Positions 1 through 10,812 of a DNA stretch of 64,000 nt are shown one piece after another. The position numbers were made by a program, and so were the translations under genes. Positions within the stretch are counted from its first letter, which is position 1. Every line of letters starts with the position of its first letter. Source of the stretch: an uncultured delta proteobacterium (GTDB lineage Bacteria; Desulfobacterota; Binatia; DP-6); contig CAWFFN010000009.1 in assembly GCA_963815115.1 (NCBI GenBank), positions 1,312,001 to 1,376,000 of the forward strand, written 5' to 3'. Below the pieces are notes generated by a model. It saw only the letters and a program-made list of their open reading frames with translations. It made no database searches and had not been told where the DNA came from.

Positions 1-864
1 CTCATGCGAAAGTTTCTCGAGACCCTGGCCGAGCAGAGCGAACGGCACGACGGCGGCGATCGCTGGGTGGGGACGGGCGGCCGCTCCCCGTACGGTCACG
101 GTGGTACCCATCCGACCGGCATCCGCGTCGGCGGTCCCGGGCGCAGCACATCCGCGATGAAGGTGGCGGAGGAGCGGCGGTTCCGCGACTACCGCACCGA
201 CGTGGTCCTCGACTCGCGCCAGCTCCGCGTGGCGCTGCGCCGGCTGCGCCAGCTCACCCGCGCCGGCGTCCAGACGGAGCTCGACCTGGACGAGACCGTC
301 GACGAGACCTGCCGCAACGCGGGCGAGATCGAGCTGGTGTTCCGCGCGCCGCGGCGCAATGACGTGCGGCTCCTCCTCCTGATGGACGTCGGCGGCACGA
401 TGGATCCCCACTTCGAGCCCGTCAGCCAGCTGCTCACCGCGCTGCACGAGGAGCGCGGCCTGCGGGACTTCCAGGCCTACTACTTCCACAACACGGTCTA
501 CGACCACCTCTACACCAGTGGCCGCATGCTGCGGGCGGACGAGATCGCCACCGGCGACGTGCTCCGCCGGCTCGACGGCCGCTGGAAGCTGGCCATCGTC
601 GGCGACGCCGCGATGCATCCCGCCGAGCTGCTGGAGCCGAACGGTAACATCGATCCGCGGCGCACCGCCGGGACGCCGAGCATCCAGTGGCTGCACCGCA
701 TCGCCACCCACTTCGACCGCTCGGCGTGGATCAATCCCGAGCAGCCCGGCGAGTGGGACTACTCGCAGACCACGCGCGCCATCCGCCGGCTCTTCCCGAT
801 GTTCCACCTGAGCGTGGACGGGATCACGGAAGCGGTGCAGGCGCTGGTGGGATCGCGGGCGTAG
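1..864 (+). CDS. VWA (CoxE-like/COG3825-type) domain protein, probable MoxR AAA+ partner; 5'-truncated by the window edge
   Basis: [49 protein letters not shown] (MIDAS-like), YYFHN, VGDAAM; the frame is open at position 1. Confidence 0.8.
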   Translation, partial: LMRKFLETLAEQSERHDGGDRWVGTGGRSPYGHGGTHPTGIRVGGPGRSTSAMKVAEERRFRDYRTDVVLDSRQLRVALRRLRQLTRAGVQTELDLDETVDETCRNAGEIELVFRAPRRNDVRLLLLMDVGGTMDPHFEPVSQLLTALHEERGLRDFQAYYFHNTVYDHLYTSGRMLRADEIATGDVLRRLDGRWKLAIVGDAAMHPAELLEPNGNIDPRRTAGTPSIQWLHRIATHFDRSAWINPEQPGEWDYSQTTRAIRRLFPMFHLSVDGITEAVQALVGSRA

Positions 865-896
865 AGCCCGCGTCGACGAGCTTCCGCCCGAGCGAG

Positions 897-924
897 CGCG
901 CGGCGCCGGTGGGGGCGCCGCGCG
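897..924. terminator. GC-rich hairpin between convergent genes (possible bidirectional terminator)
   Basis: CGCGCGGCGCC-ggtggg-GGCGCCGCGCG, 11-bp perfect stem; no clear U-tract. Confidence 0.45.
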
Positions 925-943
925 GTGTGCCGGGAAATGCGGG

Positions 944-1345
944 TCAGGCGGTGACGGGGATGCGGCGGGGCTTGGCCTGTTCGGCCTTGGGGAGCTTCAC
1001 CTCGAGGACACCGTTCACCAGACGGGCGGCGATGTGCTCGCGGTCGAAGTGCTGCGGGTTGTTCAGCGTGAAGCGGCGGAAGTAGTTGCCGACATTGTAC
1101 TCGGTGTGGGCGGGCGTGAGTCCCTGGTAGTCCTCCAGGGAGACCCGACCCTCCAGGCGCAGCACGCCATCGTGCAACTCGACCTCGACCTGGTTCTGCT
1201 CGACACCCGGCATGTCGACGAGGAACCACAGCGCGTGCTCGTCCTCGCGGATGTCGACGTCGGGAAGGTAGGTCCGGCCCGGACGGGTGGGCTCCCTCTC
1301 CTTCACTTCCTGCTTCTCCTTGGGAGCGAGATCCTGTGCAGTCAT
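944..1345 (-). CDS. Small heat-shock protein, Hsp20/alpha-crystallin family
   Basis: PDVDIRE, DMPGV, YFRRFTL, NGVLEVKLPK; RBS AAGGAGG upstream. Confidence 0.93.
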   Translation of the reverse strand: MTAQDLAPKEKQEVKEREPTRPGRTYLPDVDIREDEHALWFLVDMPGVEQNQVEVELHDGVLRLEGRVSLEDYQGLTPAHTEYNVGNYFRRFTLNNPQHFDREHIAARLVNGVLEVKLPKAEQAKPRRIPVTA

Positions 1346-1354
1346 CGTTCCTCC

Positions 1355-1792
1355 TTACGCGGCCTGTACGGTGATCTGGCGCGGCTTGGCCGCCTGCGCG
1401 CGCGGGATGCGAAGGGTCATCACCCCGTTCTCGAAGCGCGCCTCGGCGTGCTCGATGTCGAGATCGGCCGGCAGGTGAATGGCGCGCGAGAACTTGCCCT
1501 GGGGACGCTCGCGCCGGTGGTACGCGTTGTTGTCGCCGGACTCGGCCTTGCGCTCGCCATTGATGGTGAGACGCCGGGCCTCGCAGCTCACCTCGATGTC
1601 CTCCGGCTTCAGACCGGGAAGCTCGGCACGGATCACCAGGTCACCCTGGCGGTCGCGGAAGACGTTGACTGGCGGAAAGACGCCCGCGCTGGAAGGCCCG
1701 AAGGACACGTCGGACGTCGGTCGATCGAGCAGGCTCTCCAGGTTCTGCTGGAGACGCAGCAACTCGTTGAACGGATCGCGGTACACGGTCAT
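1355..1792 (-). CDS. Small heat-shock protein, Hsp20 family
   Basis: Start MTVYRDPF; FPPVNV, RAELPG, RRERPQGKFSRAIHLP, FENGVMTLRIP. Confidence 0.93.
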   Translation of the reverse strand: MTVYRDPFNELLRLQQNLESLLDRPTSDVSFGPSSAGVFPPVNVFRDRQGDLVIRAELPGLKPEDIEVSCEARRLTINGERKAESGDNNAYHRRERPQGKFSRAIHLPADLDIEHAEARFENGVMTLRIPRAQAAKPRQITVQAA

Positions 1793-1882
1793 TGGACGAA
1801 TCTCCTCTCTCGCGTCTCCTCCGACGCGGCGAACGGGTGGGATTTGCGGGAAGCGCCGCGACGCCGGTCGCGACACCTCGGG

Positions 1883-2338
1883 TCACGCGGTGGTGACGGG
1901 GATGCGTGTGGGCTGGCTGCCTGCGGGGGCCGTCATGCTGATCTCGAGAACGCCATCGCGGTAGCTCGCCGTGACGCTGTCCGGATCGATCGGACCCGGG
2001 AGCTGCACGCTGCGTTCAAAGCGGCCGTAGCGCACCTCGCGATACGAGTGCCCGGCCTCGTTCTCCTCGCGCTCAGCCTTGCGCTCGCCCTGGATGGTCA
2101 GCCGATTGCCGTGCACGGAAACGTCGACCGCCTTGGGGTCGATCCCCGGCAGGTCGGCCGTCACGACCAGCTTGCCGTCCCGCACCCCCGTGTCGATGGC
2201 GGGCATGAACAGCTCGCTCGACACCGGGTTCCTCGACTCGCCGCCTTCGGTTCCGAAGAAGCGGGAGAAGAGGTCGTCGAACTCGTCGCGCAGGGTCGTC
2301 AGGGCCCGCGCGGGGCGCCACGGGGTGAGAGCCCTCAT
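1883..2338 (-). CDS. Small heat-shock protein, Hsp20 family
   Basis: ADLPGID, EVRYGRFERSVQLP, YRDGVLEI; RBS AAGGAGG. Confidence 0.93.
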   Translation of the reverse strand: MRALTPWRPARALTTLRDEFDDLFSRFFGTEGGESRNPVSSELFMPAIDTGVRDGKLVVTADLPGIDPKAVDVSVHGNRLTIQGERKAEREENEAGHSYREVRYGRFERSVQLPGPIDPDSVTASYRDGVLEISMTAPAGSQPTRIPVTTA

Positions 2339-2372
2339 GAGCCGTACCTCCTTTCCCTCATATGCTGGACGG

Positions 2373-2400
2373 GAGGTAAGGCCGATCGGTGCCGAGTCAA
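2373..2400 (-). promoter_or_regulatory. Putative promoter of the hsp20 operon (TTGACT-N16-TACCTC)
   Basis: Minus strand reads TTGACT cggcaccgatcggcct TACCTC, about 35 nt upstream of the ATG. Confidence 0.45.
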
Positions 2401-2435
2401 CCCCGGACGGCCCGTTTCGGAGCGGGGCGGGGAGG

Positions 2436-3482
2436 TCAGTACGCTCCGCGCAGGGATGGATGCGGCTGGAGCGCTCGCTGGCGCCCCTCGTTCACGAATC
2501 CGCGGTCGATTGCCCAGGCGACGGTCCGCCGCACGGTCTCGCGGGCGTCGCGGAACGTGAAGCCGAGGTCACGCTGCGCCTTGCCGGAATCGAAATAGCT
2601 GTAGGTCCCGGCGAACTCGTCCACCTGGCTGCGGTCGAGCATCGGGCGCCACCCGGTGACCCAGCTGACGGCCTCCATGCCCGTCGCGATCGCGCGCAGC
2701 ACCGGCACCGGCAGCCTCCACTGGGGCGCCGAGATCCCGGCGAGCTCCGCCACGAGGTCGAGGAGCTGCTTCACGGTGACGTTCTCCCCCGAGACGATGT
2801 AGCGCTCGCCGTTGCCTCCCTTGTCCATGGCCAGCACCGCGCCGTTGGCGACGTCCTCGACGTCGACCACGCCGAAGCCCCCGTCGAAGTAGACCGGCGT
2901 GCCCTGGTTCAGGAAATCCACCACCTGCCGGGTCGACTCGCTGGCTTTCCAGAAGCGCGGCCCGAGGATGAAGCCCGGGTTGATCGCCGTCACTGCGACG
3001 TGCTCGCGCTCGCCGATCGCGAAGGCTTCCTTCTCGGCGGCGATCTTGCCGATGAAGTACGGCGTGTGGGGCTTCGTGTTGTAGTCGGCCTCCGTCCGGC
3101 AGACGTCCGGGGTGCTCGCGAAGCCGATCGTGCCGCCCGTGCTCACGTAGAGCACCTTGTCGACGCCGGCCTTGGCCGCCGCCTTCATCAGGTTGCGCGT
3201 GCCGTCGACGCTGGGCCGGACGATGGCGTGCTCGGGGTCCTTCGCCCACATGAGGAAGCCGGCCGCGGTGTGGTACGCGCGCGCGCAGCCATCGACGGCG
3301 CGCGCCACGGCGTCGGCGTCCAGGATGTCGCCGTGCACGATCTCGACGTCGAGGCCACGGAGCGGCGCCGGATCGGCGCTCTCGCGGATCATGGCTCGGA
3401 CGGGCTCGCCGCGCTGCGCCAGCAAGCGACAGATGTTGTTACCCACGTGGCCATTGGCACCGGTAACCAGAGTCGGACGCAT
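2436..3482 (-). CDS. NAD-dependent epimerase/dehydratase (dihydroflavonol reductase/HpnA-like extended SDR)
   Basis: LVTGANGHVG, YxxxK (YFIGK), VDVEDVA, GERYI. Confidence 0.85.
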   Translation of the reverse strand: MRPTLVTGANGHVGNNICRLLAQRGEPVRAMIRESADPAPLRGLDVEIVHGDILDADAVARAVDGCARAYHTAAGFLMWAKDPEHAIVRPSVDGTRNLMKAAAKAGVDKVLYVSTGGTIGFASTPDVCRTEADYNTKPHTPYFIGKIAAEKEAFAIGEREHVAVTAINPGFILGPRFWKASESTRQVVDFLNQGTPVYFDGGFGVVDVEDVANGAVLAMDKGGNGERYIVSGENVTVKQLLDLVAELAGISAPQWRLPVPVLRAIATGMEAVSWVTGWRPMLDRSQVDEFAGTYSYFDSGKAQRDLGFTFRDARETVRRTVAWAIDRGFVNEGRQRALQPHPSLRGAY

Positions 3483-3551
3483 GCAGACCCCTCCCGAGCC
3501 GGATTTCGGTCCCACATAGGCGAGACGGCACGCGCCGCGCAACCCTTTTCC

Positions 3552-4700
3552 TCACGCCTCGACGCGCGCGAAGCAGGCGACGGTCTCGACGTGGGCGGTG
3601 TGCGGGAAGAGCGCGAACGGCATCACGGCCTCCAGCCGGAGGCGGCCGCCTCCGAGCAGCGCGCGTGCCTCGCGGAGGAAGGCGTCGAGGCTGCAGCTCA
3701 CCGCGATCAGCCGGGCCGGCGGGCGTCGCACCAGCGCGTCGAGCAGCACCTCGTCCAGGCCGCGCCGGGGAGGATCGACGATCACCACGTCGGCGTCCCG
3801 GGTGGCGGCGGCGAAATCGGCTGCCGGTCCGGGCAGCATCGACGTGCGGGCGCGGATGGCGGTGGGCAGTGCGGCGAGGCCGAGCGCGAGCCCGTCGAGC
3901 GCCGCGGGGACGGCCTCGTTGAAGGCGATGTGCGCGATCCGGGGGGCCAGGCCGAGCCCGATCGCCCCGCAGCCGGCGTGGAACTCGACCACCCGTGCGC
4001 CGTCGGGAACCCAGGAGGCCACCTGGGCCACGATGCGCTCGAAGAGCGGCAGGTTCGCCTGCCCGAAGGCGCCGGGCGGGAAGAACACCCGAGCTCCGCC
4101 CAGGTCCTCGCAGACCGCTTCGGGACCGGACCAGTGGTGCCAGCGTGGACCGAGGATGGCATTGGTGCGCGCGGTGTTGCCGTTCCACCACAGGCTGTGA
4201 AGCCTCGGGCCGAGTGTGGTCCGGATCGCGCCGGCCAGCGGATCGAGGACCTCGGGATCGTCGGAGTTCGCCACCAGCACGACCTGCGCGCTCCCGCTGC
4301 TGCGTTCCACGACCACCTGCACGTAGCGCAGGAGACCGCGGTGGACGCGCTCCGCGTACGGGGCGACCCCCGCCTGCCGAACGGCATCCTTCAGCGCGGC
4401 CGCCACGTCGTTGACCAGCGGGTGATGGACCAGGCACCGGGGCACGTCCACGATGCGGTGCGTGCCCTCCTGGAACACGCCCATCTTCGGAGATGCGGCG
4501 CGTCCGCGTACGGCGAGGCGGGCGCGGTGACGGTAGCCGAAGGCTGGCCCTTCCCCGACGACGGGCGCCGGAAGCCCCGCCTCCGCGCACAGCGCCGCCA
4601 GCGCGACGCTCGCCTCGCGAGGAATGCCCCGCTCGCCGAAGCGCGGGCAGCCTGGACAGGGCGGGCGGTGCGGGCACCGCGGCCGGGCGGGAGACCGCAT
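3552..4700 (-). CDS. RNA (uracil-5)-methyltransferase, TrmA/RlmD family, lacking a TRAM domain
   Basis: CPHRPPCPGC Fe-S motif, YRHRARL, AFGQAN, DPPRRGL, VSC, FPHTAHVETV. Confidence 0.85.
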   Translation of the reverse strand: MRSPARPRCPHRPPCPGCPRFGERGIPREASVALAALCAEAGLPAPVVGEGPAFGYRHRARLAVRGRAASPKMGVFQEGTHRIVDVPRCLVHHPLVNDVAAALKDAVRQAGVAPYAERVHRGLLRYVQVVVERSSGSAQVVLVANSDDPEVLDPLAGAIRTTLGPRLHSLWWNGNTARTNAILGPRWHHWSGPEAVCEDLGGARVFFPPGAFGQANLPLFERIVAQVASWVPDGARVVEFHAGCGAIGLGLAPRIAHIAFNEAVPAALDGLALGLAALPTAIRARTSMLPGPAADFAAATRDADVVIVDPPRRGLDEVLLDALVRRPPARLIAVSCSLDAFLREARALLGGGRLRLEAVMPFALFPHTAHVETVACFARVEA

Positions 4701-4786
4701 GGACGGAGCATGCAGGCGGCGTCCGCGCGCGGTCAAATCGGTCCGCACGCGTTGACTTCCCGGCGGCGTCCCCCTACCTAGCATCG

Positions 4787-5755
4787 ATGGCTGGATCCGA
4801 CGCGCCGCCGAGGATCGTTTCCGTGTCGAGCGTCCGGCGGGCCCGCCGCTTCCTGCCGCTGGCGTCCCCCGTCGAGGTTGCACGTCGGCTCACCGCCCTC
4901 GAGCGCCAGGTCGAGGAAGCCCTGGCCTCGGCGCAGCCGCGCGCGAGGTCGTGGGCGGGGCTGGAGCAGGCGCTCGCACGCGGGCTCGACGGCTACGGTC
5001 TCCTGCGACGCGCGCTCTCGGGCGAGAGCACGGCGGCGGCGGAGGTCGCCGAGGGACCGCTCGACGTCCTGTATCGCTGGTGGTGGCGCGTCGAGGTGAT
5101 CGGCCGCGAGCGCCTGCCGCGGCGCGGCCCCGTTCTCGTCGTCGCCAACCGGGGCAGCTCGTTGATCCCGTACGAGGCCTTCATGCTGGCCCGGGCACTG
5201 GGTCCGGAGCAGCCCGACGGTCGCGTCGCCCGACCGCTCGTCGACGAGTGGCTGTTGCGCCTGCCCATCGTCGGGGCGATGCTCGCGTCGCTCGGCGCGC
5301 TGCCGGCGACGACGGCGGGCGCGCGCACCGCTCTCGCCGGCGCCATGGCGATCGCCTTTCCGGAGGGCACGGACGCGGTCGCCAAGCCGCTCGACCGCCG
5401 CTATCGGCTGGCGCCCTTCACGCGCGGCGCGCTCCTCCGCGTCGCTGCCGAGGCCGGCGCGCCGATCGTCCCGGCGGCGGTCATCGGCGCCGAGGAGGTC
5501 CATCCCGTGCTGTGGCGGTTCGAGGGACTCGGCCGCCTGATCGGGATTCCCGCGCTTCCGGTGACGCCCGCGCTGATCCCATTGCCGACCAAGTGGACGG
5601 TGCACGTCGGCGAGCCCCTCGAGGTGCCGCGGCGCACCGCCGCCGGCCTGGCACGTGACGCCCGGGCGATGCGCGCCCTGCGCATCCAGGTCCGCGAGCG
5701 CCTCCAGGGGCTGGTGAGCGACGGCGTACGGCGGCGGCGCGGCCTGTTCGCGTGA
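4787..5755 (+). CDS. Lysophospholipid acyltransferase-like protein with a degenerate catalytic motif
   Basis: WWRVEVIGRERLPRRGPVLVVAN, FPEG, APIVPAAVIGAEE, LPTKW; the HX4D position reads NRGSSLIPYE. Confidence 0.75.
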   Translation: MAGSDAPPRIVSVSSVRRARRFLPLASPVEVARRLTALERQVEEALASAQPRARSWAGLEQALARGLDGYGLLRRALSGESTAAAEVAEGPLDVLYRWWWRVEVIGRERLPRRGPVLVVANRGSSLIPYEAFMLARALGPEQPDGRVARPLVDEWLLRLPIVGAMLASLGALPATTAGARTALAGAMAIAFPEGTDAVAKPLDRRYRLAPFTRGALLRVAAEAGAPIVPAAVIGAEEVHPVLWRFEGLGRLIGIPALPVTPALIPLPTKWTVHVGEPLEVPRRTAAGLARDARAMRALRIQVRERLQGLVSDGVRRRRGLFA

Positions 5756-5767
5756 GCGGACGCGGCG

Positions 5768-7255
5768 ATGCGCTTCGTCGTCGCCATCGATCAGGGGACC
5801 ACGGGTACGACCGTGCTCGTCCTCGACCGCCGCGGCCGGGTGGCCGGTCGGGCGTACCGGGAGTTCACCCAGCACTTCCCGAAGCCCGGCTGGGTCGAGC
5901 ACGACGCGGAGGAGATCTGGCGCGTCACCCTCGGCGTGCTGCGCCGGGCGTGCCGCCTGGCTCGCGCTCGCGGGCGCGACATCGCGGCGATCGGGATCAC
6001 CAATCAACGCGAGACCACGCTCCTCTGGGATCGTCGCACCGGGCGTCCCGTGCATCGCGCCATCGTGTGGCAGGACCGCCGCACCGCCGAGCACTGCGAG
6101 GCGTTGCGCGCCGCTGGCGCCGAGGAGCTGGTGCGGCGCAAGACGGGGCTCGTCCTCGACCCCTACTTCAGCGCCACCAAGCTGGGCTGGGTGCTCGGAC
6201 ACGTGCGTCGCGCCGCCGAGCGCGCGGCACGCGGCGAGCTGTGCTTCGGGACCATCGACGCGTGGCTGGTCTGGAAGCTCACCGGGGGCGCCGTGCACGC
6301 CACCGATCCGACGAACGCCTCGCGCACGCTGCTCTACGACATCAACGACCGGGCATGGGACCCGGAGCTGTGCCGTCTGTTCGCGGTGCCGGAGTCCGTG
6401 CTCCCCGAGGTGCGGCCGTCGAGCGGGACCTTCGGTGACACCACCCCGGACGTCCTCGGCGAGCCGGTGCCGATCGCGGGGATCGCCGGCGACCAGCAAT
6501 CCGCGCTCTTCGGCCAGGGCTGCACCGAGCCGGGCATGGCGAAGAATACCTACGGCACGGGGTGCTTCCTGCTCCTGCACACCGGAGCACGTCCGGTGAG
6601 CTCGACGCACGGCCTGCTCACCACGGTCGCGTGCGACGCACGCGGCGGCCCGGCGTACGCCCTCGAGGGCGCCGTGTTCATCGCCGGTGCGGCCATCCAG
6701 TGGCTGCGTGACGGCCTCCGGCTCCTCGGCACGGCGGCGGAATCGGAGCGCCATGCGCGCAGCGTCGACGACTCGCTCGGCGTGCACGTGGTGCCGGCGT
6801 TCGTCGGGCTCGGCGCCCCCTACTGGGATCCCGAGGCACGCGGAGCCGTGCTCGGCCTCACGCGCGGCGTGACGCGCGCGCATCTGGTGAGAGCGACCCT
6901 CGAGTCGCTCGCCTTCCAGACCCGCGACGTCGCGGACGCCATGGCCGCCGACGCCGGCGGTCCGCTGCACGCGTTGCGCGTCGACGGCGGCGCGTCCGCC
7001 AACGACTTCCTGATGCAGTTCCAGGCCGATCTGCTCGGCGTCCCGGTGGAGCGTCCGGCGCTGATCGAGACCACGGCGATCGGCGCGGCCCAGCTCGCGG
7101 GCCTCGCGGTGGGATTCTGGCGCACGCCGAAGGAGCTGGCGGCCATGCGCCGCAAGGACCGGCGCTTCCGGCCGCGCATGCCCGTCCTGCGTCGCGAGGC
7201 GCTCTACCGGGGCTGGCAGGACGCCGTGCGCCGCGTGCGCAGCCGCCTCGCCTGA
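5768..7255 (+). CDS. glpK: Glycerol kinase
   Basis: [43 protein letters not shown]. Confidence 0.97.
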   Translation: MRFVVAIDQGTTGTTVLVLDRRGRVAGRAYREFTQHFPKPGWVEHDAEEIWRVTLGVLRRACRLARARGRDIAAIGITNQRETTLLWDRRTGRPVHRAIVWQDRRTAEHCEALRAAGAEELVRRKTGLVLDPYFSATKLGWVLGHVRRAAERAARGELCFGTIDAWLVWKLTGGAVHATDPTNASRTLLYDINDRAWDPELCRLFAVPESVLPEVRPSSGTFGDTTPDVLGEPVPIAGIAGDQQSALFGQGCTEPGMAKNTYGTGCFLLLHTGARPVSSTHGLLTTVACDARGGPAYALEGAVFIAGAAIQWLRDGLRLLGTAAESERHARSVDDSLGVHVVPAFVGLGAPYWDPEARGAVLGLTRGVTRAHLVRATLESLAFQTRDVADAMAADAGGPLHALRVDGGASANDFLMQFQADLLGVPVERPALIETTAIGAAQLAGLAVGFWRTPKELAAMRRKDRRFRPRMPVLRREALYRGWQDAVRRVRSRLA

Positions 7256-7289
7256 GGCCGTCCAACAGCCCCTGGATTGGCCCCCCACA

Positions 7290-7318
7290 TTGCGCCTGCC
7301 CGGAGCTCCTGTTAAAAG
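7290..7318 (+). promoter_or_regulatory. Putative sigma70 promoter of the rpmE operon
   Basis: TTGCGC-N17-TAAAAG with TG upstream of the -10 box, 12 nt before the ATG. Confidence 0.4.
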
Positions 7319-7330
7319 CGTCGCTTCGCC

Positions 7331-7567
7331 ATGAAGGAAGGCATTCATCCGCGCTACGAGAAGTCCAGCATCGTCTGCGCCTGCGGCAATGTCGTCGAGA
7401 CCCGATCCACGAAGGAGAGCATCCACGTCGAGATCTGCTCGGCGTGCCATCCCTTCTTCACCGGCAAGCAGAAGCTGGTCGACACCGCGGGACGGGTCGA
7501 GCGCTTCAATCGCAAGTACGGCAAGAAGGCCGCGGACGACAGCGGCACGACCCCCGCGGCCGGCTGA
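7331..7567 (+). CDS. rpmE: 50S ribosomal protein L31 (Zn-binding type)
   Basis: [26 protein letters not shown]. Confidence 0.98.
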   Translation: MKEGIHPRYEKSSIVCACGNVVETRSTKESIHVEICSACHPFFTGKQKLVDTAGRVERFNRKYGKKAADDSGTTPAAG

Positions 7568-7610
7568 CGGCGTGCGGGTCCCCTCCCGCCGGCGGGGGGC
7601 GTGACGGGCC

Positions 7611-8675
7611 ATGCTCGAGCGTCTCGCGGAGGTCGAGCGGCGGTACGAAGAGCTGGAGCGGCTCGTCGCCGACCCGGCGGTGATCGCCAACCGCCGGGAG
7701 TACGCGAGGCTGGCCCGCGAGCGCGCGCAGCTGGCGGAGACCGTCGCCGGCTACCGCGAGCGGCAGCGCATCGAGCGTGAGATCGCCGAGCACCGGGAGC
7801 TCCTCCAGGACGCCGATGCCGGAATGCGCGAGCTGGCGCGCAGCGAGCTCCCCACCCTCGAGTCGGACCTGTCGGCTCTCGACGAGCGCCTGAAAGAGTT
7901 GCTCCTGCCCCGCGATCCCAACGACGAGCGCAACACCGTGCTCGAGATCCGTGCGGGAACCGGCGGCGACGAGGCAGGCCTCTTCGCCGCCGAGCTGTTC
8001 CGCATGTACTCCCGGTACGCCGAGCGGCACGGCTGGCGCGTCGAGGTGCTGTCGTCGAGCCCGACCGGGATCGGTGGCTTGAAGGAAGTGATCGCCCTCG
8101 TCCAGGGTGAAGGCGCCTTCAGCCGGCTCAAGTTCGAGGGTGGCGTGCACCGCGTGCAGCGCGTGCCCGTCACCGAGACGCAGGGACGCATCCACACCTC
8201 GGCGGTCACGGTCGCGGTCCTGCCCGAAGCCGAGGACGTCGAGATCGACCTGCCCGAGAAGGAGCTGCGCATCGACGTCTTCCGCTCCTCGGGTCCGGGC
8301 GGGCAGAGCGTCAACACCACCGATTCCGCCGTGCGCGTGACCCATCTGCCGACGGGCCTGGTGGTGACCTGTCAGGACGAGAAGTCGCAGCACAAGAACA
8401 AGTCGAAGGCGCTCAAGATCCTGCGCGCCCGGCTCCTCGACCGCGCCCGCCAGGATCAGCAGGCGAGCATCGCCGCCAACCGGCGCGCCATGGTGGGAAG
8501 CGGCGATCGCTCGGAGAAGATCCGCACCTACAATTTTCCGCAGAGCCGGATCACCGACCACCGCGTCAACCTCACCCTGCACCAGCTCGACCGTGTGCTC
8601 GACGGCGACCTCGACCAGCTCGTCGACGCGCTCGCCACGAAGGCGCGGAGCGACGCCCTCGAGGCCGCGCCGTGA
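7611..8675 (+). CDS. prfA: Peptide chain release factor 1
   Basis: GGQ motif, PVT anticodon-mimic tripeptide, RTYNFPQ. Confidence 0.98.
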   Translation: MLERLAEVERRYEELERLVADPAVIANRREYARLARERAQLAETVAGYRERQRIEREIAEHRELLQDADAGMRELARSELPTLESDLSALDERLKELLLPRDPNDERNTVLEIRAGTGGDEAGLFAAELFRMYSRYAERHGWRVEVLSSSPTGIGGLKEVIALVQGEGAFSRLKFEGGVHRVQRVPVTETQGRIHTSAVTVAVLPEAEDVEIDLPEKELRIDVFRSSGPGGQSVNTTDSAVRVTHLPTGLVVTCQDEKSQHKNKSKALKILRARLLDRARQDQQASIAANRRAMVGSGDRSEKIRTYNFPQSRITDHRVNLTLHQLDRVLDGDLDQLVDALATKARSDALEAAP

Positions 8676-9562
8676 GGCTCGCGCCGGAGCAGGCCGCGGC
8701 CCCGACGGTCGGAGCGGCGCTGGGCGCTGCGGTTGCGCGGCTGCGGGCGGCGGGGGTGCCGGAGCCCGAGGCCGACGCGCAGGTGGTGTTCGCGTACGCG
8801 CTCGGGACGAGCCGGGCCGGCGTCGTCGCCAGCGCGCGCGATCCGCTGCCGCCGGCGCTCGCCGCCCGGCTCGAGCCGCTGCTGCGGCGGCGCACGGCAC
8901 GCGAGCCCGTGGCTCACATCGTCGGCGAGCGCGAGTTCTGGTCCCTGTCGCTGGCGGTCGACCGGCGCGTGCTCGTGCCGCGTCCCGAGACGGAGCTGCT
9001 CGTCGAGGCGGCGCTGCGCCGCAGCCCGCTGGCGCGACGCGTGCTCGACTGCGGCACCGGCAGCGGCGCCGTCGCCGCCGCGCTCGCCCGCGAGCTCCCG
9101 CACGCGACGGTGTGGGCCTGCGACCGCTCCCTCGCGGCGCTCGCGGTCGCGCGCGAGAACTGCGCGCGCCATGCGCCGGACGTTCGATTGCTCGCGGGAG
9201 ACCTGCTCGCGGCGGTACGCGCCGCCGCCGTCGACCTGGTGGTGTCGAACCCCCCCTACCTGAGCGAGAGCGCGCTGGCGGCGGTCGCTCCGGAGGTGCG
9301 CGAGTTCGAGCCGCGCGAGGCGCTCGCCGCCGGTCCCGAGGGGCTCGACGTGCTGCGGCGCCTGATCGCCGATGCGACCCGCGTGCTCGCGCCAGGCGGC
9401 TGGCTGCTGGTGGAGATCGGCGCGGGGCAGGACGTGGCGGTGCGGCGCCTCTTCGAGGCGACCGGGTGCTACACCGACCTGGTGATCGAGGACGATCATG
9501 CCGGCATCCCGCGGGTGGTGGGGGCGCGGCGGAGGAGGGACGGGGGATGGACAGCATCGTGA
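8672..9562 (+). CDS. prmC: Release factor glutamine methyltransferase
   Basis: PRPETE, DCGTGSG, SNPPY; follows prfA. Confidence 0.95.
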   Translation: MRLAPEQAAAPTVGAALGAAVARLRAAGVPEPEADAQVVFAYALGTSRAGVVASARDPLPPALAARLEPLLRRRTAREPVAHIVGEREFWSLSLAVDRRVLVPRPETELLVEAALRRSPLARRVLDCGTGSGAVAAALARELPHATVWACDRSLAALAVARENCARHAPDVRLLAGDLLAAVRAAAVDLVVSNPPYLSESALAAVAPEVREFEPREALAAGPEGLDVLRRLIADATRVLAPGGWLLVEIGAGQDVAVRRLFEATGCYTDLVIEDDHAGIPRVVGARRRRDGGWTAS

Positions 9563-10812
9563 TCGAGGGCGGGACCGTGCTGGAGGGCGAGGTCGAGGTG
9601 AGCGGGGCGAAGAACGCCGCGCTGCCCTTGCTGTTCGCGACGCTGCTGACGCCGGAACGCTGCGTCCTGCGCCACGTGCCCGCGCTCGCCGACATCCGCA
9701 CCGCGCTCGCCGTGCTCCGGCATCTCGGCGCCGAGGTCACGCAGGGCGAGGGCGGCCACGAGGTCACCGTCGAGGCGGCGGTGATCGGGTGCACCGAGGC
9801 GCCGTACGAGCTCGTCAAGACGATGCGGGCGTCGTTCCTGGCCCTCGGACCGTTGCTGGCCCGCTTCGGGACCGCGCGCGTGTCGACCCCGGGCGGCTGC
9901 GCCATCGGTGCGCGTCCGGTCGATCTGCATCTCTCCGGGCTCGAGAAGATGGGCGCTCGCATCACGGTGCGGGAAGGCTACGTCGAGGCCGCGGCGGACC
10001 GCCTGCGCGGCGCCAGCATCGTGCTCGACTTCCCCTCGGTCGGTGCGACGCAGCAGCTCATGATGGCGGCGGCCCTCGCCGACGGTGCCACCGTCATCGA
10101 GAACGCCGCACGCGAGCCGGAGATCGAGTGCCTCGCCGTCCTCCTCGAGCGCATGGGGGTGTGGGTCGAGGGCGCCGGAACGTCGCGCGTGACGGTGGAG
10201 GGGAGGCGGGACCCGCGCGGCGCCGAGATCTCCGTCATTCCCGATCGCATCGAGGCGGGCACGTTCATGGTGGCGGCCGCCATCACCGGCGGCTGCGTGC
10301 GGGTGAACGGCGCCCGCCACGACCACCTGGAGGCATTCGTCACGAAGCTCGGCGAGACCGGTGTGGCGATCACGGAGTACGACGGCGGGTTGCAGGTGGA
10401 AGCCAACGGCCATCTCGCCGCCATCGACATCCGCACCATGCCGTATCCGGGGTTCCCCACCGACCTGCAGGCGCAGATGATGGCGCTGGTGACCCGCGCC
10501 GGGGGCACCAGCCGGTTCACGGAGACCGTGTTCGAGAACCGCATGCTGCACGCCGGCGAGCTGGTTCGGCTCGGCGCACAGGTCCGGGTCGAAGGCAACA
10601 CCGCCGTGGTGCGCGGCCCGACGCCGCTGTCGGGCGCCCCCGTGATGGCCACCGACCTGCGCGCCAGCGTGTCGCTGGTGCTGGCCGGCCTCGCGGCACG
10701 CGGCGAGACCACCGTGTCGCGCGTCTACCATCTCGACCGCGGCTACGAGCGGCTCGAGGCCAAGCTCGGCGCGCTCGGCGCGCGCATCACCCGGGTGAAG
10801 GGCACGGCGTGA
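9547..10812 (+). CDS. murA: UDP-N-acetylglucosamine 1-carboxyvinyltransferase
   Basis: [36 protein letters not shown]. Confidence 0.97.
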   Translation: MDSIVIEGGTVLEGEVEVSGAKNAALPLLFATLLTPERCVLRHVPALADIRTALAVLRHLGAEVTQGEGGHEVTVEAAVIGCTEAPYELVKTMRASFLALGPLLARFGTARVSTPGGCAIGARPVDLHLSGLEKMGARITVREGYVEAAADRLRGASIVLDFPSVGATQQLMMAAALADGATVIENAAREPEIECLAVLLERMGVWVEGAGTSRVTVEGRRDPRGAEISVIPDRIEAGTFMVAAAITGGCVRVNGARHDHLEAFVTKLGETGVAITEYDGGLQVEANGHLAAIDIRTMPYPGFPTDLQAQMMALVTRAGGTSRFTETVFENRMLHAGELVRLGAQVRVEGNTAVVRGPTPLSGAPVMATDLRASVSLVLAGLAARGETTVSRVYHLDRGYERLEAKLGALGARITRVKGTA

